Shown here: piece by piece, positions 25,555 through 38,200 of the stretch
Layout of the letters: the number at the start of each line of letters is the position of its first letter
Numbering within the stretch: position 1 is the first letter of the stretch
Assembly (NCBI GenBank): GCA_973895155.1
Contig: OZ316893.1
Span: 4,578,977 to 4,642,976, forward strand
DNA from: Marsupella aquatica
Lineage: Eukaryota; Plantae; Marchantiophyta
DNA length: 64,000 nt
Reading direction: 5' to 3'
The notes under the pieces: model-generated
The model's input: the letters and a program-made list of their open reading frames with translations, nothing else
Database searches by the model: none
Told to the model about the DNA's origin: nothing
Program-made: the position numbers and the translations under genes

Positions 25555-28046
25555 GTTCAAGTCTGCAGAAGGTAAGTCTTGTCAGATGCAATCGATAAGT
25601 TGATTGATCATGAGTATCAAGTGTTAAAAAGCTTTACTCAACTATTGGAAGGAAGCAATTCATGGAAACCAAGGTATTCGATTTGCTATTGTTATAAGGC
25701 AATGAGGATCCCAACTGCACTAATCCGACGGTATCGCTTAATTACTTCTTAGTGCTGTACTCTTCTGGGCGTCACTCTAACTCAAGGGTCGATGACCTAC
25801 GCGCAACCTCACAAACTTGGTGCTGTTTCAGATGGACCGCTCGGTCGCTCTTTCAAAACCGAATGCAAAGATCTCCTCCCGTCTTTCCTCAAATAGGGCA
25901 CGCTCAAACAGCTGGGTCAGTTGTCAGCTAGAGACATGTTTCACAGAGTGGTTCAACAAGCGCAAACACTAAAGGTGCGACTTAGGTTTATCTGACGGGG
26001 AACGTGGATAGGAAGGAGACCCTGGTTTGTGAGCTTGATAATTATTTTGTCATATGTATATGCTCATATGCTATGTAGTCACACTTAAGCTTGCATGTGG
26101 TACGTCTCTCCTGAATCGCACATCCAAACATTATGCCTTATTCCATAATTTAGTTATGTAGTCAGACCTAAGTTTGGAGGCACTTCGTCAGCCTCACATC
26201 CAAATTAACATTATGCATGCCTTATCACATATGGTATCTATTACCATGGTATTTGTTTCCCTCCGTCACCAGGTATTAATTTCAAGAACGGACCAAAGAA
26301 GGGGAAAGAACGATTGTAGAGAATGAACGGGAAGGTCAGAGCACAATAGACTTACACGTACTGCTAAAACCATACGTAACTGCCCATGGACTGTCACAAG
26401 ATGGTAAATGGCAAGTTACATGGGAAAGCTAACTCATAGTCCAGGGATGCGATTAATGCTTCGTAGCGGGCGCGCCTACATATAGAATCTACCCCGGGGT
26501 CTACACCTCACCAAGCCTACCTTGCTCTAACCATAGGTAATTAAATCAGGTAGATCAGTTAGGAGTCTTATAAAGCTATGTAAAAACGATATGGAAAGCT
26601 GTAAGGCGAAGCAACACCATTTGTACAATTACGCGGCTCAATTTTGGTTGGCATTGCATCAGGCTTCTGTAAAGGATATATCCAGCCATGGGCCTACACC
26701 TCGATCACCTGTCACATTTCGCTCTAACCGTAGGTAAACTGATTGAGCCACATGGATGGCGAGTCTCCTCTACTGCAGATCTTAGTATCTCCTCGATCCA
26801 ATAAGGAGAGACTGATCCATTACTCTGGACTATGGCTTGCATTCTAGCTTTGAAGATCCCGTGTAGATCGAATTCACGTACTACTCCAATGCTGCCCTAT
26901 TCCCGGGGGTACAGTTGTTAGTCAATTTCCTTCCTGTGGTTGGTTAGTATTTGATTCAACTACGTACCTTGTCCAGGGAAGGATGTTAGGAGATGCATTT
27001 TTAGTCAATTTCATCTCAGTCGTTGGTTAGGGTATATTTGCTTTAATACGTGGTCCAGGTAAGGAGGGCACTTGCTTTTTTAATTGGCCATTGATCACTT
27101 CGGATCAGTTCTCCTCTCCATACGCCCGAGCAGAGTATATAAGTAGGGCCGCTTGTCATTCTCTCTCATTCTCCACTTCTCTCTCTTCGCGCCTGGCTCA
27201 CTCACCCAGAGCATCGATCACGTTGGTGCCCATCAACTTAACTCCTCACCTTATTCTCACCAAGAGCTGCAGTAGTGTGATCGATCGAGCTTGAGCTTTA
27301 GTTTGTGCTTACCTCCTAGCTGGAACTAGCTAGTACATGCAGGGAAAAGTCCGAGACTAGTGCACTAGCAAAGGTGGGCTTTTGGACCAGATTGGAGGAC
27401 CAGTACGAATTTTAGTCTCCTCTTCACGCCCTTTCAATTAATTGATTCAGGTGCAGTCTCTACTCACGGGTGATGCAGTTTTGCAACTCTCCTCCATGCA
27501 TGACCTCGAAGATTTTGCAGGATTGACTGTCGATCGGTAAAAGTTGAGAATTAATACATAATCTAATGGCAACCATGCATGCTTTTGTTGTGGGCCAATG
27601 CTATTTACTTCCTCTCTGGAGTGATTCTCCTTCTAGAACATCCCAACTGATTTCATTTGCTTAGGAGACCCATAACCCAGATTCTTATTCCATTATCTTT
27701 CATTCTAGCAGGTTTGGAATTTTTTGTTGTTGTTAACTACTGCATTCAGCTTGCACTAGCTTTATTCGTCGTTTCCTCCATATATATATCATATGTATCT
27801 TGCTCCATATGTTACTCTACCCAAGAAGCTCTTCAATTCTCCATGTCGATCTTTGAAGTTTGCGTGGCAGAACTCTCATACCTACGTGCTTCAGGGCTAC
27901 GGAAGATAATATTGATGTACAGCTATGGCACTTAATGTCCAATGAGCTATATATGTACTTTCTCTAATCTGATTGAATGTGGTAACATATGTCCATAGGT
28001 TTTCCGATCAAAGACGTACATTAATTCTCCAAGGAAGTCACAAGAA

Positions 28047-29165
28047 ATGTCTTCACGCATGGAAGAGCTGCTTCCAGGGATACCAGACGACGTGACCTTG
28101 ACCCACATTATCACGAAGTTGCAGTGGACAGACTTTCATGAACTGCATTCAGTGAGCCCGAATTGGCAACAAGCAATTCAAAGTCGAGAGGTCTACAATG
28201 AGAGGATTCGGTCCCAATCAACAGAGGAGTTTCTGGCCGTGAAACACAGCTATGAGGTGAAGTGTAACGATATCCTCCACCGTGACTGTACATACAGAAA
28301 CGCGATTTCTCTTTATTCGATGAGGGACAAACAATTCTACAAACTTCCTCCAGTCCCACATCTTACTGGTGACAAGGAAAGGTTTTGCCAGTTAGTTGCA
28401 TCCAGTGGTAGCTTGTATGTTTGTTCTCACAAACAGAAAAATTTACTACACAGCACAGAAAAGAACGGCAATAACCAAAGACAGATGCTGGATGAGGAAG
28501 AGGAAAACGTTTATGTGCTAGATCTGACTGGGCCAGGGCTCTGGGAAGAATGCAAAAGGATTCAAGGACCAGAACGGGACAGCCCGCGTTGCTTGATCAA
28601 TTGCCATTTCCGAGCAGAAGGTCAAGCATGTCATGAATTTCGATGGAAAGGGCCCGGGGACTGGTGCCCAGATCGCTTCAAGTCTTTCTGGAGCGTAGTT
28701 GATTCAATGACACTAGAAGAGACTTCTGAGATGGTTTCTTTGAAGGAAGTTCCAGAAATGTGCTTCACAGGTGACCCAAGAAGGGTCAAAGTAGAGCTTA
28801 AACAGTACGTGATGACAAGCCCTACCAGTGGATACCCGAAGGTTTATGTCCACGATACCAATACCAACTCATGGACACACCAGCATTCCGTTTCATGTAA
28901 TGAAATTGCTGGTGAACTTGGAGACGATCCCCATAGCCAGCTCAGAATTCACCCGACTTTTGCAGTGCCTGTTGGAGGCGAGGTTCTGACAATAGCTCGC
29001 TGGACAAGAGGGGGACAGAATAGCTACGAGCTTCTGCAAAGCAAGGGAATGGATGCGACAGAAATTGTCTGGGAGAGAATCCCACACACTTTTCCCATCG
29101 AACCAAGCCTTTTTTTTTGGCATATGCCCCATTTTGCTTTGAGCAATATGAAGCAGCTGGTCTAG
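28047..29165 (+). CDS. F-box protein with a degenerate kelch-like C-terminus (intronless CDS, host gene)
   Basis: N-terminal LLPGIPDDVTLTHIITKLQW...L.SVS.NW..AI.S..VY..R F-box. Kelch-like strands KLPPVP...LYV and VYV.DT.TNSW. Upstream TATA-like tatataa at ~27136 and 5' UTR introns. Confidence 0.85.
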   Translation: MSSRMEELLPGIPDDVTLTHIITKLQWTDFHELHSVSPNWQQAIQSREVYNERIRSQSTEEFLAVKHSYEVKCNDILHRDCTYRNAISLYSMRDKQFYKLPPVPHLTGDKERFCQLVASSGSLYVCSHKQKNLLHSTEKNGNNQRQMLDEEEENVYVLDLTGPGLWEECKRIQGPERDSPRCLINCHFRAEGQACHEFRWKGPGDWCPDRFKSFWSVVDSMTLEETSEMVSLKEVPEMCFTGDPRRVKVELKQYVMTSPTSGYPKVYVHDTNTNSWTHQHSVSCNEIAGELGDDPHSQLRIHPTFAVPVGGEVLTIARWTRGGQNSYELLQSKGMDATEIVWERIPHTFPIEPSLFFWHMPHFALSNMKQLV

Positions 29166-32100
29166 ATGCAACCTTTTGCCCCGGCCTGTCTTGAGTTGCA
29201 TTGGAGATTTGGCCAAGAGCAAGTGATATAAGGGAACAATATATTCGTGCATAGCAAACTTTCGATAGCAGTTTTCCTGTTAGTATTCATAGTAGTAGCT
29301 TTCCAGATATCCTTTGCTCGGATTGGCGGGATTTAGAACTGGCAAAGTAACTGTTACTATTGAATACCTACCCAAGATAAGTAAATACATGCTGTAATTT
29401 TGGAAGTTGAGATATTATTTTTGTTTCAGAGTGTTATGGAGATTTCAATCGACACGTACTAAACAATTCCATTTGGATGTTGGATTTCCATGTTGATCAA
29501 AGCAGAAACTTTTCACATGTATACCATATTGTAATATTTATGCCCATAAGCTGTAGCAATTGTAGAGTGGTATCCACAAGAATGAAATTAAATGTTTATG
29601 CATACACTGAGTAGATGTCTGGGAAAAGGCTGACAGCATATTAATATATAATTATCCTGCATTTGCTATAGCACACAACACAATCATGGAACAAGTCACG
29701 CAGTAGTTGAAGTCTAGTAATGCCTTAATTTCCAAATAGTAACAAAAGTTTCTCGCAAATTAAAGTCTTCGATGCAAATTTCTGTGCTCTAAAAGTTTCA
29801 CTTACTATATATACTATTTAATGGATGTCATTGGCAACCAATGCCACAATTGTGCAGTCAATTTCACAAGGCTGTGTACTGTAGTAAAAGCATTGTAGTT
29901 ACAACTTTCCAAATAGTTGAAAACATGACTCCCCAAAACTTCACCAAAACTCAGTCAACAAGGTGTGACTAACATGACACCAACAACCTTGGAGTCACTT
30001 ATTTCTGAAGGTCTTGTACGTACAAGCGGGTGTACAAGTCATGTAGAAAGGCAAGGTCTCACAATGGGTGGTTTTCTTCTAGTGACATGATATTAGGAGA
30101 TTAATAAAACTTGGTTACTTAGATTATAGACTTTTGTCCTAGATGGTGCACTCACCTTAAATACAGGGTAATTCCAAAATCATCTAGCGCCACAGAATTC
30201 AGGAGAGTGAAGACCCATATATGAAGACTCCCACAAATGACTCAGTTAAGGTCATCACGTTGAAGTTATACAAGTGACTCTACAATACAGCATTATGTAT
30301 GAGAGCACAACATTTGAACCCTTCACCCTAAACTATGGAATCTATGGGATCCGACCCAATACATATGATTTTGGATACACCTATATCACTAGTACATTTT
30401 TGGCCCTTTTTCCGATCCTAACAACATCGGACCCCTTCAAAAATTCTGACACGGAAAAATGACACGTCCGGTGTCATTTACTTTGCACTTTCCCATACTT
30501 TACACATTGGATATTGACAATCAGACACCCATCGGACTTTCCATTGCTGAAACCATCGATAAATCCGTTATTGGATGTTTTGGATAATTTGTGTCCGTTT
30601 CTCATTTCATCGGATACTAAGATGCTCCGGCAAGGTAAATATCAGGGGTCCGGTGTATTTTATATGGGATAATCTGACGTAAAATATATCGGAGTTTGCG
30701 TACAAGCATTCAGTATTGGAACATCCGTAATTGTTTCCCAAATTGTTTGTAACACCAATTGCAATGCTGAAAAATATCGAACATTGTGAGGAGGGGTCCA
30801 AAATATTTTACATTGGAAGTTCTGTAGCGTGTGGTATTGGATATGAGCTGGGTCACTGGCTCGACTAATAATGGATATTTAGGGTTTGTAGGGGGTTTAA
30901 TACCGGATTCATGGGAATCATTTGGGGGTTTAGGTTTAGGGTTCAGGCTCATTGACAAAATAGGGTCCAAAGAGCATGCTCAAAGCAAGGTAGTGGTTTA
31001 ATTAAATATCAGTTTTCACAATGGGGAACACTCCAATATGTACAAAATGAAATGGGCCTAGATAGGCAGTAGACCCCCGGGGTCCTCACTTTTTAACTTC
31101 CGACCCATCACGCGCGAATAAGTGTATGGTTTTTTAATTCAATTTTTTGGAATACTTAAGAATTTTTGTAGAAGAACTTTAGGGGTTGCGAAATACATAT
31201 TGCAACTTAGAAGTCTAATAGGGGTGCAAAAAACCCCACTTCTTCAATGTAAGCTGTTAGTTTAAGATAGGGCATGTTTGGCATGGACATATATGGGGAA
31301 CACATGTCCATTAATAACTGGTCCACGTGGCACATCCATATCTAAAGAGGTTACTTAGTGTTATAGGGTTTCATGGTGGCATTGAGGGACATATTAATTT
31401 GAATTATCTGGGCAAGAGGTGGATGATCCGAGAGGGGGGAAGGGGAAAGGAGAAGGCTTAGGGTGCAAAGTGTCAAACCCATTCTCCCACATAGACGTTG
31501 GCCTGATATTGGATTGATCGCAATTCCATCCATCCGTCCATTTTTGGGGATCTAATGGTTTACATTGCCTGGCCAGTTTTAGGGAAAATGTGATTGGGAC
31601 CGTTGGACGAAAGACTCCTGTTTTGCAAAGGGAGTGCACAAGGGAGCCGCGAAGTAGGTGCTTTGTGCTCGCTGCCTCGTGGTTTTTTTGAAGGAACTGC
31701 ATGCGCATACGTATGGTGAGGGTGCTGTCTCATTTTTTTCGAAGGAAATCAAGCTACGCAAAGCTTGGGACGGTGCTGCCTTGTTTTTTTCATAAGGAAA
31801 TGCATGCGCAAAGTGCCTTTGCAATGTTTGAGCTGTAGCTAGATGTTCCCTATATGAGCTGAAGGGTGCTGCGGCCATTTTTTAGCAATCTCAGGGGTGC
31901 TGCGGCTGTATTCTGTTTGTCTGAAGGTTGTGGACCTCAAGCAATCTAGGTGCTGCGCTCGTGTTCGGGCTGGGTGCTGGGTGCTGCGGCCGTGATCGAT
32001 GTGGGCTTGGGTCAGGTCTAGACATTGCTTCAATCAACTTTTTTGAAGGAATGCTTACACATAGGCTGGGCGCTACGGCTCTATTGATCGAAGGTGGCAA

Positions 32101-32224
32101 CTGCAAGTGTGAGTGAGGTGCAGCTGAAGTCCTGGCTGAAGTCGATCGGGAGTGAAAGTGATCGGGCAAGTGACACTATGGGCGAGACTGTCGGCGCTGC
32201 GGGTGTGAGCTGTGGGTGCTGGTG

Positions 32225-32480
32225 GGATCAAGCTGGAAGGGCTAAGCGCAAGCTTGAAGGTGAGCTTGAAGGCTGGGGCGAGCTTCAAGGGCAAACCGCA
32301 AGCTGGAAGGGCTAAGCGCGAGCAGCTTGAAGAGCAAGCTTGAAGGCGAAGGGCGAGCTGCTTGAAGGTGAAGGGCGACATTGAAGGCTGGGGCGAGCTG
32401 GAAGGGCTAAAGCGCGAGCAGCTTGAAGGGCAAGATTGAAGGCTGGGGCAAAGGGCGTGCTTGAAGCTAGGCTGGGGCGA
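32225..32480 (+). repeat. GC-rich short tandem repeats (gcttgaagg / ggctggggcgagct) upstream of the second PHD gene
   Basis: Multiple degenerate copies are visible. Confidence 0.75.
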
Positions 32481-33839
32481 AGGGCAGAAGCACAGATCGT
32501 CTTTGCAATTCCAACTCAAGAGGTATTTGAAATCTTGGAGCCAAAATGCTGTCGGCCCATTCTATTTTGCTCAGTTTCTCCCTGCTATTCTTCTTCTATA
32601 GACTTTGCTTGCAGTCAAATGATTTCTGCTCTCTCCAATTGCTGAGTATGAATTGATTTTTCTCCTTTCGTTTGAGCCCCGGTTTGAGCTCTTTCCTTCT
32701 TCTCGAGCTCCTCCCGGCTTCAATTGAGCTGCCCATCAAGCTGCTTCCTCCAATCGTGAAGCTTCAATTGAGCTCCTCTCTTTGTTTGCGCTCCTTGCTT
32801 CCATCAAGCACAGTCTTGATCAGGGGGCGATTTTGTATCAGGCTGTTGTGATTGGCCTGCTGTGATCGAGGGTGATTACAAGATCTAGAGAGTGAAGCAT
32901 AGGAATATTGTCATAGTGTAGACAATCAGTACACAGACCTTAATAATCTCTTCCAGAAGGTCCTCCAGATGCATAATGTGAAGCATTCATAGTGCCCTCG
33001 ATTAGCAACAGCTGCCGTGGCTCTCTCTATATAGGCTGTCGAAGTCACTTGTCTGAGGCTCTCACTACTTAACTCATTCAAATACAATGTTGAGCATTGG
33101 AAACTTTGTAATGACTAATCTGCCTTATGAATGGTGATTGAAATGATTTATACTCAAAAAGCAAAGGCTTTGATTGACATTCATATGGCATTGGGTTGCA
33201 CGGTGTTGTGCAGCTGTCCAATAAGAGGAAAGTGCAGCTTGTTTTGATTTGTTTAAAGTCTATAATCTAGAACGTACCAGTAGTTGCCAAGGTATGTTAA
33301 ATTTTGACTCAGTTACTTGAATGGCTAGTTTGATTCCCTGCTTAACTTTATATCCAGATTTCCATGCATGACTGGAATTGTGTACTGTCTGTAAAAGTTA
33401 GCTACTGTTCCTTCTTCTTCTTGTGTATTTTGTTTTATTGGATGGTTTATTGTAGATCTTCATGTGCCTGTGTCTTCCTTTTTCTATTTAAACTCCTTCA
33501 AGCAATCATTTTCCAGCAGGAATGAACCTGGCTTCAGTTTATTTCCTTCAGATCAAATAGTCAGCTCTTCATAAATTAATATGCTAACTCAACTCTTCTT
33601 GCAGGATGGATTTGTTGCGGGTGTAGTGGAAGCATTTCAGAAGCTTCAGCAATATACAGTCAGGGTTCACATTCAAAAATTGTGGAAGGAGCAGACCTCA
33701 GTCAACTATCACCAGTAAGTTGTTGCATCTCTTATTACATCAGAGATTAAAGGTATGCTTATGTTCAGGATGCTATCAATGTAGAATGGATGTTGAGGGG
33801 ATGTAAAATGGATGCTGAGTGAATGCATCTGTTTTGCAG

Positions 33840-34338
33840 AGGTAAATCACTATCCAGCAAGTTGAGATGGCTTCTGATGTGCAAGTTGAGATGGCTTCTG
33901 ATGTGCCAAGGATTGACATATTTTCCCATACGGAGCACCCCTTGCTGTTTCTTTTGTGATGAGACAGATGATGTCGTCCTTTGTGATGGGCCTTGTAGTA
34001 GACATTTTCACTTTGTTGGTGGAAAAGGTATGCAAGGACCTGCTTGCACTCCTGTCACATTGCCTAAAAACAATGATTGGAGGGCACCATGGGTTTGTGA
34101 ATTGTGTGCTGTCAACAGAGCTAGATGCTTTGCTTGTGGACTCATTGGCAGATTTGAACATCCCACAGCACAGGAATCCCTTGTGCTCCATTGTGCCCAC
34201 CCTCATTGCTTTTCTCATTACCATCTTGGCTGCCTTAGGGTGCTACTTCAGGTTGGGGCACTGCCTCATAGGTCTCATCCAGCAAGTCCAAACAACCTAA
34301 TGTGCCCAAGGCATCACAAGGAAGATCTGCAAGGTTAG
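33840..34338 (+). CDS. Second EDM2-type composite PHD protein (last exon, ends after the CPxH motif; possibly frameshifted near 33940)
   Basis: CFFCDETDDVVLCDGPCSRHFH...C...WVCELC....RCFACGLIG...VLHC.HPHC..HYHLGCL...MCPRH. Shares CDGPC.RHFH with the 8852-9511 protein. Confidence 0.75.
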
Positions 34339-35233
34339 GAGTTTGAAAGAGGGGAATATAGGGGGTAAGTAGGGAAATTAACCCCAACGTACCTCATGCT
34401 CCCCGCCCCCTTACTATTGGGGGTAATTTCCAGAAGATGAGTTGGGAATTCATTCCCCTCTTATCAAAGCGATTCATGGTAAGGTATTTGTCCCATATTT
34501 AGTAGGGAACCAAATCTCCTTGTAGTGGACGGGCTGCTATGCTTGTAAATTACCTATGTCCCTAGGGTAATCATTCGGTGTGTCTTGCAAGTGCATAACC
34601 TAAACCCTAAACACACACAAAAGAACACAAGAAAGAATACCAAAGAAACAGTGGACATGAGAAACAGTGGACATGATTCAAAGATGAAGTGTTCAATTCA
34701 TAATGCTCCCGGAGGAGGCTCGAACAGGTACATATGTGGCAAGGAAAGACCCACTCAGGCTCTGTCCTCCTAGTCTCATCGTTGTCCTGCTGCACTAAAA
34801 TCACAACGGGAGGAAACGAGAGTGGCACTGACAAGTAAACGAACAGTAAGAGTGTCACTGCCTAACTGACTCAAGCACCGAAGAGAACCTTAGCTAAAAC
34901 TCATCTAGCTACTCTGATGCATTGAACCTCTGTTGCCGATTCTCTCCCAGTATGAACTCCAGATTTTGTTCCATGTTATCTTTTTTCCCGGTTGCACAGC
35001 CATACATGATGTCCCTGATCATCACTCGTTTTTTGTTCTGCACAAAACATGCAACATGCGTACAATTAGAGACCACATATATGGAATTCGTAATTCATCA
35101 TTACTAGTGAGTGCGTGCAGGAATTGTTAGGCAAAGCACGCGAACTGAAATACCCCAATAATACCCCAATAATACCCCATACATAGAGTGACTTTATTCA
35201 CCTTGTAGTCCACGCAAGCACTTCTAATCTTAC

Positions 35234-38200
35234 CTGCAGCTCCAAAATCTTCAACTCAATCGAATCTTTGGCGATAAACCTGACGACTTTCACCGGCCTT
35301 GTTTGCCCTATACGATGTGACCGATCGACGGCCTGGTCCTCTACCGTGGGATCCCACCACCCGTCTACCATAAGAACATGTGTAGCCTCAGTGATGTTGA
35401 GTCCTGTGTTCGTTGCCATCAAGGACAAGAGGATAATGCTGATCTGCATGAAATGAGTAGAAACAATTTAGTTAGAATATATATAAAGAGTTTACCCTTT
35501 GAACAAATACAGACACCGATCTGCACGGATAATGACGGTTGTACCTCTGGGGTCGTCTTGAAATCATTCAAGGCTTCTTCTCTGACATTGGAATTCATTC
35601 CTCCATCAATCCTTGTGAACTTTAGACCAGCCTTCAGAATGTGTGGCTCAAGCATGTCGAGACACGAAGTCCATTGTGAGAAAACAAGAGCCTTCTGCCT
35701 GGGCACAAAGCTTTTGCAGCTGCCTTGTCTTGTAGTGTCCAGCGGAATCGACTTCAGGTATTCCAAGACTGCATCAAATTTTGGAGAAGGTGGGTGTCGG
35801 ACATCATATTCTCTTCGCGCCTTCCCTTTTGACTCCGCACCACCATTCACTAGCCTCAAATCAGCTGGCCTGTATAGGACCTGGGCTGTCACGTATTTTG
35901 AACATTTTGCCGATTTGCAAGTTCCAGCTTCCCGGTCTATTGCACAAATGCCACAGTATACATGGCCACAGCCAGAAATTTGAAATGGACTTCCAATCAA
36001 GCCCCCCTGCACAATCCAACCGTTAAAGTGAGTGCGTGCAGAAATTGTTAGGCAAAGCACGTTAACTGAAATACCTCAATCATACCCCAATCATACCCCA
36101 ATCATACCCCATACACAGAGTGACTGTACTCACCTTGCAGTCCACGCAAGCACTTCCAATCTTCAATTGCTGAAACTCTGACACGAGTCGGGCTCGTTGA
36201 GGCTCACTAAGGGGCGTTCTTTGCACTTTGTTCCCGATCCCCTCTTCGCAAATTTTACATAAGGAAGGAAGTTTCAGGTGCACTGCAAATTGTCCCAACC
36301 GGAGCAGAACGCTCAACACATTCGATAAGGCACCTCTTTCGGCGTCACAGAATTCCTACAACATTATAGGCACATTAATTGCCACCGAACATACACCTTC
36401 AAGGGATCCAATTGAACTCTCATACGCCTTCAACATTGGGGATTATTAAGAGCCTTATGTACCTTGTATAACTGAGCCTTACTCTTTTCCTCCTGATCAA
36501 AATAAGCGTTTCGTTCTTGCTGTGTTCTCCATTCAACAATTTGCACCTCGATCGTCTTAGGGGGCAGTGGGAGTATGCCTGCATGTAAGCACAATGGCAG
36601 GGTAAATGCACAATTGATAAAGAAATCAGGCTTGGGATTAAAAAAAGTGAACTCTACCATGATATATGCATGCACGCTTACTTTTGTCTCTCCTGAGCGC
36701 AATCGCAACCAAGTGTTTCGAGAGGATGCCATTCGCTATCTTTGGCCTTGTCTTCAGCAGCTTCTTTAACTGCGAGAATTCCTTCCATTCTCCTAGAGGA
36801 TAATACCTCAGAAAACTGAAGTAAGGAAACAGATCAGAAGCCTCATTCTATATGGGTGTACCGCTTAGGCACCACCTCCTCTCTGCCTTGAGACAACACG
36901 AGGCCTTGAAATTTTGATTAGTTTTATTTTTCATGACATGACACTCATCCAGGACTACTCTAAGCCAATTAATCTTAAATAGTGGACCTGCAAGTCTAGG
37001 TTTTTACAGGTCTCATCATACTCCCTTTTGGCACGCTGGACGTCTTTGGAGCAATGGGAGACTCCCCTGTCATGATTGAGTACGTAGTGACAACCACGTC
37101 ATGGCTTGAAATAAAGTTGATGTCTTTATTCCTCTTGTTGTGGTAGAGGAGGACCTTCACTTTTGCTATCTTGGAGGTCCTTGTAGCTATTTCTTGGCCC
37201 CATTGAATCACCACGCTGGCTGGACAAACAACTAGAGTTGGCCCACACTTATGAGGGCGATTCGCGAGAAATAGCGCCATGACATGCATGGTTTTCCCCA
37301 TTCCCTAAAAAAATCCAAGCCAAGAAAACGGTCAGGGACCCACTCACTTGCAGACAAGGTGCGTGCGTACCCCTAACATACTCCAAAAATACCCCCAAAG
37401 TATCCCGTTGAATGAAAATAATGAGTGTGACTTTGGCTTAATTTGGGGGCTTTTGTACCTGGTCATCCGCCAACATCCCACCAATTGGAGAGCTTTTTCC
37501 GGATTCGCGTTCCAACATCCATGCAAGACCAATTCGTTGGTGTGGATATAGAGCTGTAGTCATTGTACCAGGTGGAGGGCATGCCTCCTCTGTCAAGTGA
37601 GACCCTTGGATATCAATCTGCGGATCCCGCTCACAGCCAAGTTAGATATGCTTGAACATTGTTTATGAAAAAACAGTAATCACACAACAAAGGAAAAAAA
37701 ATCGCTAACCTTTCCACTCTCTGTGGCACACTCTTCCCAGTGAATGTCTTGTTCTGAATGCTTGTCATCCTCCACTTCATCTTCTTCTTCTTCTTCCTCT
37801 ACCTCTTCCTCTTCCTCCACTTCGATAGCCCTCCTCTTCGCTGGTGAGTGACTGCCACTCGGAATAGAGTCCTCTTGCCCTCTCTTTGAAGCACAAGGCA
37901 AATTTGGTTGTCATGAAATGTGACTCGTCCTAGCCTACCATCCCGGACTCTTAGTTGGAACATGAAATAGAACAGAAATCGGAGGTGACCGTGGTACTTC
38001 TGATGCAATTGCACCCGATGATTTGTCCTCCTCTGTAGCTGAGACCTCTACTTTTGATGTTGGTGCAGCATTTGGTGCCTCTCCTTCTAAAAGTGACATC
38101 TCTTCTTCTGATGCCGGTACCTCTGCCAGTACTAGTGGTGCGGCTGCCTGTAACTCTACCAAAACTAGTGAGTCACCTCCACTCGACATAGACTCCTCTC

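Noticed and set aside
28711-28720. CACTAGAAGA inside the F-box ORF as a left TIR pairing with 30084
   Set aside because: Only 10 bp, within an uninterrupted ORF. The flanks (TGA vs ACA) are not a TSD and there are no subterminal repeats.
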